From Asterionella formosa (Eukaryota), in assembly GCA_002256025.1 (NCBI GenBank), contig NKIB01013386.1:1-58680 (forward strand): DNA of 58,680 bases, written 5' to 3'. Position numbers and translations under genes: made by a program. Shown piece by piece: positions 50,438-58,680 of the stretch (within the stretch, counting starts at the first letter, position 1; the number at the start of each line of letters is the position of its first letter). Under the pieces are notes generated by a model. The model made no database searches. It was given only the letters and a program-made list of their open reading frames with translations, and had not been told where the DNA came from.

Positions 50438-53400
50438 GTGAGCAAAAGACTCGAGGCTTTAGGAAGATTGTACATTGGTCACATCAATGTACGTGACCCT
50501 AATGCTGATGATAGGCAGTACAAGTGGAAAGTTAGGATCACCCAAATTCCCCATGACACCTTCGCCACCTCTAAAATCCCTTTGGAGATCAATGAGATTA
50601 TGAATTTCTTGTCCAAATCTTTTGGTAACAATTGGAATTCCGTTGTTACCAACCAAGCTCTATACGCAAATCAGCTCCAGAAGAAGCTTCATGGCAACTT
50701 CGTCATTGCCATTGAAGAAAGGGAGAACTTGGAGAAGAAGTTCAAGCCTGTAGCTATGGTTGTTGTGGAGCAAAAAGAGTTTCCGACTCCTATTGCTTTT
50801 ATTCACTATCTGGTGACAATTAATCATAACTCAACCCATGATTTGCACAAGTACAAAGAGCGTGGAATGGGTCAATTGCTGATCCAAGCTGCTACTCGTC
50901 TTCGTATCGATGAGGAGGCCTGGAACTTTCCATAACCAGGATGTCCTTCCCAACCTCAACCAGTTTTTGCGCAGGTGCTGGGCAATGCGGTTGAGTGCTA
51001 TATATCCTTGGGATCTGTACATTGCAATCCTATTCCTTGGATGGACAGGATCAATCGTCCTCTTGAAACCCTTCTTCATGATGAGAGGAACAAGAACAAT
51101 GGCGATGTTGATTCACACAATTATGGACCTGATATGCCAGAACCAGCAAATTTCGAGCCCTTTCCTATCGTGCGTTTGCGAACAAATATAGCTGGGAGTC
51201 ATCTTTCAGCCACTCAATATGATCTTCTTGATCATCAATTGGAAGAGCAAACCTATGTGTACTCGATGTTTCTTTCCATTGGGGGTTTCATCTACAAGCA
51301 ACCAAAAGGTATGTTTGTTTACTATATATGCTGTATTCATATTCATTTATTCATTCACACATTTCTTTTTTTGCATTCATCGCCTGACAGAAGTGATGAA
51401 TGCAAAGGCAGCAATCAGGTCAGAGTATGCCCGCTTGGAAGCTCCCACTTATGCGCTCGGAAAGCGTGCGAAGAGAGGCACTATACAGAAGGCTGCTTCT
51501 ATAGTTACAGCAGGATCAACACAGGCCCAATCCCGAGTGTTGCAGAAGAGTGTTCCAAAGAAAGCTGCAAAGACGAGGATGAAGGCTCCTCCAAGAACTG
51601 TTGCTGCGAAAGCTGTTGCACCCAAGCCTTCTGCCAAGGCTACTCCCAAGGATGATGCTACCAAAGCTGTCACATCCAAGGCAGGTGCTTACAACGCTGC
51701 GAAGTCAAAAGCCAGGAGCCGAGATGTTGCATCAATGCCTGTAACTTATCCTTACGAAGAATCTGAATCGGACTGCAAACCAGCCGCGATTCCCAGCAAA
51801 AAAGTATCGAAACCAGACTCTAAACCAGCTGCCATAAACAGGAAAAAAGTATCCAAACCGGATTCCAAATCAGCTGCCACCTCCAGCAAAATGTTTTCCA
51901 AACCAGAGTCCCAACAAGTTGCTGTGCCAATAATCAAGAAACGATCGAAGGCTACCTGGCCCCCTTCTAGTTCTATTTCCAAGAAATCACTAATTTCTTC
52001 CAAGGACAAGGATGTGATTAGTCTAACAGATGATGATAGTAGTGATTCGAAGGCAACTGTCTCAAAGAATGACCTTCTCCATTGTGTCAATCCTGAACTA
52101 CCTTCTGTTGTCAATTTCGACAAAAGTAACCAGAATATGATCAAGCTGGAAGTCATCCTGTCCCACCATGGGATAAGGTCGAGACAATTTGTCCTAGCAG
52201 GAACTCTTGCTTCACGCCGAGCAATCACCACTCAAAGGTTCAGCTCTCAAGGCAGTTTCAAGGGTGTCACTAACACAGCAAATATTTCCAGCCTGCTCTA
52301 TCAGGCTGATGCAGCCTACCACCTAGTTCGTCAGGAGTGCTTACAGTATGCGGAACGAGTGTTGTCCCCATAGTCAAACGAATATTTGACGAAAAATAAT
52401 AGCAAGTCGCCTCTCACTGGGAACAAGGGTGTGAAAGAGAGTGCAAAGTGGATGCACAGTTTTCAAGACCCTACTTTTGGCGTTTCCAACAGGTTTGACT
52501 CCAAGAGAATTGTTGATGTTCAGGTCCTACCTTCACCATCTTTGACCAACATTAACAATGAGGGGCGTAAAAACATCGAGCAAGAAACCTTGATTTCTTC
52601 CAAGAAAAAGAACATTGTAAAGGCCAAAGAACCTGTGGTCCCAACTCCGCCAGCTTTGCTTAACAATATTCTTAGTCCAGTCAAAATTCCTGTCCACTTG
52701 AGATTTTACCGGAGCACCAAGAATTAAGATTCAAATACTCATGATTCAGTTCCTGAATCAGCAGCTCGATCAGAGAAAAATGCGCGTAAGGAAAACAGTG
52801 GCAATGCCACTTTGGTTTTTGTTCATCGACCACCTCCAGTATTAGACCCTGCTCTCAAACCTGTGGCCTGAACAAAGCACACCACCAAGGCTAATCGACA
52901 AGGCAAAGACGAAGAAGATATTTCCATCGCCTCAGAGGATGCCTCAGATGCTGGTCCTTCTTTGGAATTTCTCAAGTCTGTTGAAAAACCGAATATGAAG
53001 TTGCTTGGGGTCAACAGCAAGGATCATAAGCAGGTCGAGAAGGGTCCACATCTTACCCTCCAGCGAAATAGGAACCCAGATGAAACTTTAGGTGAAACCT
53101 GGTCTATCATCAAGCTCCCACATTCTATCTCCCTCCAGCAGGATCATGTCCAACCTGGTCTGAAACCTGTGCCTCCAACCAAGCATATCACCAGAGTGAT
53201 TCAGCATACCACCAGAGTGATTCCGCAAGGCAAAGACGACGAAGATTGTTCCATTCTCTCAGAGGATGTTCCTTCTTTGGACTGTTCAGAAATCAAGTGT
53301 GAAGGAGCGAGGTGCCTGCGGTCGACAAGAAGGATAATGAGGTCACGACGGGTAGACTTCTTATTCTCCAGAAGGATCATGTCAAACTGGTACCCAAACC

Positions 53401-53837
53401 TGTGCCTCCATCAAAGCACACCAACAAGCTGAATTCACAAAGCCAAGACGAAGATAGTTCCAATGTCTCCGAGGATGGTCTTTCTTTGGAATTTCTCAAA
53501 TCTGTTGAAAAATCTGTCAAAAGAATCCAACCTACTGTCCCACCTTTCTTTGCAAAGAATGAAGTTAATGTTGCTCAAAAAGAAGAAGGTAATATGGTAC
53601 CCAAAAAGGCACTCTGAGAATGTTTCCATCCCAGGAAAAGTTCTCATCCATGTCCCTGCCGATGGCGAGAAGCGTTTACGTTCTCCATCTACAACTCCAT
53701 CCTCCTCTGAAACCTCGTCTTCTGCTGAGTCCTCAACTAGTTGTGAAACCTCTACTGGTGATCAAAAATCGGATTCCAAGTTAGATGAGGAGGACCATTC
53801 CAAAGTGATTGATTCTGACTATGCATCTGCATTGTGA
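50438..53837 (+). pseudogene. Large degenerate gene with an N-terminal GNAT-like acetyltransferase domain and a Lys/Ala/Ser-rich tail
   Basis: AFIHYLVT..KYKERGMGQLLIQAA (motif A-like). Past one in-frame TAA (50933) comes QVLGNAVECYISLG (motif B-like). An 82-nt intron 51309-51390 (GTATGT..GACAG) gives QPK-EVMN. ORFs 51219, 52386 and 52962 share a frame, separated by stops. Confidence 0.55.
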
Positions 53838-53994
53838 GTAAATGAGTTCTATAAAAATTGATAATTGTATGTTACCTTACTTCCCTTGTTTGTTGGTTTT
53901 GTAGTAATATTAATCGTTTCCACATCATCAACTAAAAATGTTTTCTTAACTTTTATTTCATAGATTGCTTTATGCAATCGCATCATCCAGCAAA

Positions 53995-54380
53995 TCAAAG
54001 ATGGAATAGGGGTGCCCAGGCAGACTGCGGCTTGATTTGAATCACCTTACCTGGAGTGTTTTCTAAATTAGGAATTACAACAGCAGGAGAATGAATGCAA
54101 TCCACGGGAACAAACAAAAGTCCTTTGTTTCCATGTCGATCCAATGTGAGATCAGCCCCTAACAGCAACCTTGAGTAGTTGTGCAAAGGTTCTGAGGCAT
54201 ATTTACAAGAGTGAACAATTGCAAAGACACCGGGGCTATGATTTCTCAAGGATGATGGTAATCCTGGATCAGTGAAATTGATCAAAGACGGACCCAATTC
54301 CAATTCAATATAACCGTAGATCTGGCCAAGCACAATTGACTCAACTCCTGATTCTCCATCTAACCAAGCAAACGTCTGTA
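53995..54380 (-). pseudogene. C-terminal fragment of a large transposase (Plavaka/CMC-like, tentative)
   Basis: W.D..LGQIYGYIEL..PGVFAIVHS..LLFVPVDCIHSPAVVIPNL resembles, from memory, the C-terminus of diatom Plavaka-type transposases. Cut off at repeat B. Confidence 0.4.
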
Positions 54381-54384
54381 AATA

Positions 54385-54565
54385 AAAAGTATCATGCGTA
54401 TAGGATCGAGGGTATCGTACGCTAAGTGGCACAGGATTTTCGTATATATGATAATTTTTGGATCAAAAATATGATCAAGGTATCTTGTATCTATGATGAT
54501 TTATTAATATGTTACCGACCTTGAAGTATAGTGATAATAAGAGCATTATCATCACACAATGTATA
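54385..54565 (+). repeat. Dispersed repeat family B, copy 2
   Basis: Collinear with 35455-35680. Confidence 0.75.
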
Positions 54566-56084
54566 TAAACTGATCAACAACTTTTCTCGTCAATATCATA
54601 AACCTTCTCATATTATTTTCACTTCTCGTGATCGCCCGATGTAAATCATTACTACAACGCATCCTAAAATCAGCTCAACTCTATGCTATCATGTGAATTG
54701 TTTCATCGTAAATCTATTGTGAACATGATCATAACTCTAATCACAAGCATTGTTCAAAATAGATTGAAATGGATCGTAATTTAACTATCAAATTAAGCAA
54801 TGCTATCTATTAATCTACATGCCAGCGACCCAACGTTTCCCTCTCTACTCGGCTCGATGTATATTGTTCCTGTCTCACCCTTTTCTTCCTCTTTTCTGAA
54901 TCTTGTGCCAAGCTTGTGCCAAGCAATGCCGTACTAAAGTTGTGTCTCTCTCCCTGCTGTTAGTGTCATTGTGAAGTTGCCGGATATTCCGTTTGATCGG
55001 TTTTATTTTCCTATGCTTGCAGTTACAGTAGCAATGAGAAGGAATGATTTGTTAGCTAGTCATGTTACATTGACACAATAACACGCAATTCCATCGTATC
55101 CTCTTGCTTCACTTACCACAAATCAATGCAACTGAGGATGCATAAGTCGGTAATAGTAACTTGTCAGTAAGCCAAATTCTTGAATAAGTAAGTTTCGGGT
55201 ATCCAATGTTGTCGAATAAAACTTACCGGTTCATTTTTGTCAGCTTAACTTTGAGAGAAGGTAAACATTTTGTCAGTTTTATTCCAACAGAAGTGAATAG
55301 GTCCAACGAGCGACAAGAGCACTTACGCAATTTGGTTTTGTTTTACATTGGTGCTCCCCAACAAGCGAAACAAGCTGTTTAATCAACTGAGAAAAAAGGA
55401 AATGTGGCTGCGTTTAGTTAACAATTTGTTGTTTTCCTGCCTCCCAAACGATTGTCATCCAAGTACCACATTGATGGCTTCATTACCCTAGTCATTATCC
55501 ATCCTTCGAATGCGCAATGTGTCGAAGCCACAATGTTTTTCGTTATGTATTGCGTAACCTTTCTTTTCTTGTCATGTGCTTTACTACGATGTATCTTTTC
55601 ATGAAGCAGCAGGCATTGTTTGTTAACATGAAAGAACGATTTCAAAAATATATATGCCATAAATATAGTAATAAAATTTGTAAATATATATATATATATA
55701 TTAAGTGTTATACATTCATAAAATTCAAAGGCGCTCTCGATATGGAACATCTGATATGGTTGGGATGATCATACTTGCATATACATAATTCGAAAATACT
55801 CAATGCACTATATGTCCATTGTTTTCCACGACTACCTGTACCGGTATTGTTTCTGAAATTTGTTTGCATCGATATTTTCTACGTCCGTTGAAACTAATTA
55901 TTTAGACCGTTCAATTGCCCCAAGGGTTTTGGTACCAAATTGTTTAAGCCCCTTTTTTGATTGGGAGCTCTTCATGTGTACCGGTACATCATATGACAAT
56001 AACAATATATCATATATATATACAGAGTACCAGTAGCAGGTAGTAAGTGATATACTGGGGGTAGTCGGAGTAGTAAACTAGCAA

Positions 56085-56530
56085 CAGAACACCATATGTT
56101 CAGGACTGTTGCTACTGCAGTGGGACAGCAAATCATCATAGTTTTAGGATCGTATGATCGTAAAACTAAAAACCAATAGAAATAACGTATGTTCAGGACT
56201 GTTGCTACTGCATTCGAACAGTAAATCATCATAATTTTAGGATGGTATGATCGTAAAAATAAAAACCAATAGAACATCATATGTTCAGGACTGTTGCTAC
56301 TGCAGTGGGACAGTAAATCATCATACTTTTAGGATCGTATAATCATAAAACTAAAAACCAATAGAACACCATATAATCAGGACTGTTGCTACTGGAGTGG
56401 GATAGTAAATTATCATATTTTTAGGATTGTATGATCGTGAAACTGAAAAGCTGTAGACGGAGTAATAAGCAATCAATAGGACACCATATGTCTATGACTA
56501 CTGCTACTGCAGCGTGACAGTAAATGAAGT
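56085..56530 (+). repeat. Tandem repeat, unit about 92 bp, 4.5-5 copies
   Basis: Anchors related to atgttcaggactgttgctactg at 56096, 56189, 56281, 56373 and 56488. Confidence 0.92.
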
Positions 56531-58493
56531 TAAGATCATCGAACTTTAGGGAAGAAAACGACAACAGTTGCTTATCAAGTCGTACAATGTCTTCAAGAAA
56601 CCATAAAGAGGTTCATGGAAACAAGCGACATGTGGCAAATACTGCCGGTATTGAACAAAGAGGCAAGTTCCAAAATGAGATTACAAAGAAAAAGCGAATA
56701 GGTGATTATCCAAAGCAACCCAATCGGCGATTGGGAGACGTTGGGGGTAATACCCCATCGTCGATGGGGACACCATCAGCTACTAGTACAAAGGATCCCG
56801 TAATTGACACTGACAGCAAAGATGACGTTTCTACTTCAGTTGTTGATACAAGAAAAATGGCTCCTGTCGATGATGACATTAATAACTCCCGAATGCAGAT
56901 GGACGACATGGTACCATACCATAAAATTTCTAATCCCATGGACCAACAAGTACATGACAACCTAAGGGAAAAACATTTTGTACTTGCCAAAGGATATTAT
57001 CAATTGGTCAATGAACTCAATCACTGCAAAGGTCGTAATTCGGTTCAAAACTCGTCCATACGAGGTTATCAAGACTCTTCAATTTCAGCAGCCTTATCAG
57101 AACGTCGTTCTCGCTTAATTTCAGAAGCCTTATCAGAACGTCGTTCTCGCTTAGCTAAAATTGAACCATCAATTGTCACAAAGGTTGTGAGTTTTATATT
57201 CAAGACCAAGAAGTTTTGCTGTGAACATTAAAGTTTGATGTTATAGTTTCTGAATTGCAGGTACTGTAAAACAGAATATCAATCAAATGTGCTTTTTTCT
57301 GGTCCCAAAAGAGAATCAAACATCCCGCCCTATCTGGTCCAAGTAGTATGAAAGGCATTTCCAATCACAAACAGGATTGGTTTGCCGAATGTTGCCTAGC
57401 TCGGCTATACACAGTGAAACCGGAGTTACGCAAAGAAGTGGAGAGTGACCCAGAGCTTGCCAAGCGATTTCATATGGAATGGTTCTGATGCACTACTTCC
57501 AATGAATCAGACCATTGAACGTACCAACAAGGCATGTTTAGATTATATTAAATCAACATTTGGTGGCATGTGGCCTGCATTAAAAAGTTGAGAGAATGTC
57601 AGAATGTATTGAATAATCAATTTAAAGGAATCTTAGGTAAGTTCTTGCAGGGAGATGCTCCGAAAGCATGATGTTTTGAGTCGGGGATTATATTCTTATC
57701 AAATATGTTTGCTAACATAATTCATGACACACCAGCTGGTTTAACAGAATATATCTTCCAGACTATGGATATTGATGACTTTATTAGGTAGGCGTTGACG
57801 CTTTATCGTTTTGCGCAGTCAAAGGACATTGACAGGGGCAGCCTTGGATACCAAGTCTGGCGTGATGTTCTTGCTCCGGTGTATTTTATAGGCAGGACAA
57901 GCCGTGGAAAACCATTTTTAACAGGAGACAAATCTGGTGTGACCAAATTTCAACTCAGTCTTCGGGCACAGTGTGAATTGCAAAAACGTTTTGTTGGTTT
58001 GCTGATCAATGCCAGTACAGAAGCATTTTGCTTCTTGGTGCTGAAAGGAAAATTCCGATTACAAAAAAATATTTGGGTTTCAATCCAGATACCCATGAAA
58101 TTTTAGAGAACGAAATCCGTCATTCTACCGATTTTGTCGACATTGGTGGGAAACCACTTATTAAAAAAAGTTTGAGCAATGGAAGAAAGTTCAGTTTCAA
58201 ATGGTCTTACTGATCAATGGACTGATGATTTACTCGTTTATAAGAAGGAAATCTACACTGGACTTTCACAAAAGAATCGATCTGAATATGGAATGAATCC
58301 TTGTGGAATTGCTACTCCCACCACAAATATCATCTTCCCACACTCATACTTCTCATTTCCCAACGTAAGTAAAGAGGATATGCATGAATTTGTTGAATCA
58401 CTTCAACCAAATGTTCCTGAAAAGAATATTGATTATAATGACCGCATTAATCAACGGGACATTGATGACGATGTTGATTTTGAATGGATCTAA
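56524..58493 (+). pseudogene. Fragmented gene of unknown function, probably a TE accessory ORF
   Basis: Several same-strand ORF pieces with protein-like composition, an INASTEAFCFLVL motif, an acidic C-terminus and an in-frame 36-bp duplication (IS[A/E]ALSERRSRL twice). Confidence 0.4.
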
Positions 58494-58680
58494 TGGAATC
58501 CAATGCATACTTAGTAGTTACATAATAATTATAGTTAGTGTGAGACTTCTACAAATGCAAGCCATATCATAGATGATAGGAAAACATTGATTCTGCTCTA
58601 TACTACTATTACTATTAGTGCCGCCTGTACTACATGTAGCGGTATACCTCCATTTTTACTACTATGGTGGAGTGATAATT

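Noticed and set aside
45825..56530. Tandem arrays (152, 190, 92 bp) as CRISPR arrays
   Set aside because: Whole units are repeated with no unique spacers, there are no cas genes, and the context is eukaryotic.

Overview
AT-rich eukaryotic DNA with short GT-AG introns. The gene types and transposon families point to a diatom-like stramenopile; this is an inference from family resemblance, not a taxonomic search. Six apparently intact genes sit as small islands in decayed mobile DNA: GatA amidotransferase, an intron-containing single-pass membrane protein, a membrane RING-H2 E3 ligase, a LYR-motif protein, an ABC1/UbiB kinase with an in-frame intron, and a secreted Pro/Thr/Arg-rich Cys-domain protein. 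The mobile fraction includes two Ty1/copia gag remnants, a LINE RT remnant, a CryptonS-like remnant, hAT and PIF/Harbinger derivatives, several TIR/MITE elements, a Ulp1-like protease pseudogene, a tRNA-derived SINE-like family, and a large degenerate element at the right end (GNAT-like cargo, tandem arrays). The most striking unexplained pattern is a window-wide family of short TA-x-TA insertions and (GGTACCW)n arrays. Three TIR elements sit in the TA of a GGTACC, and their CC..GG ends recreate the site (five of six ends). I propose repeated insertion/excision footprints of a self-targeting TA-specific transposon. All family calls come from motif recognition by eye; no searches were run.
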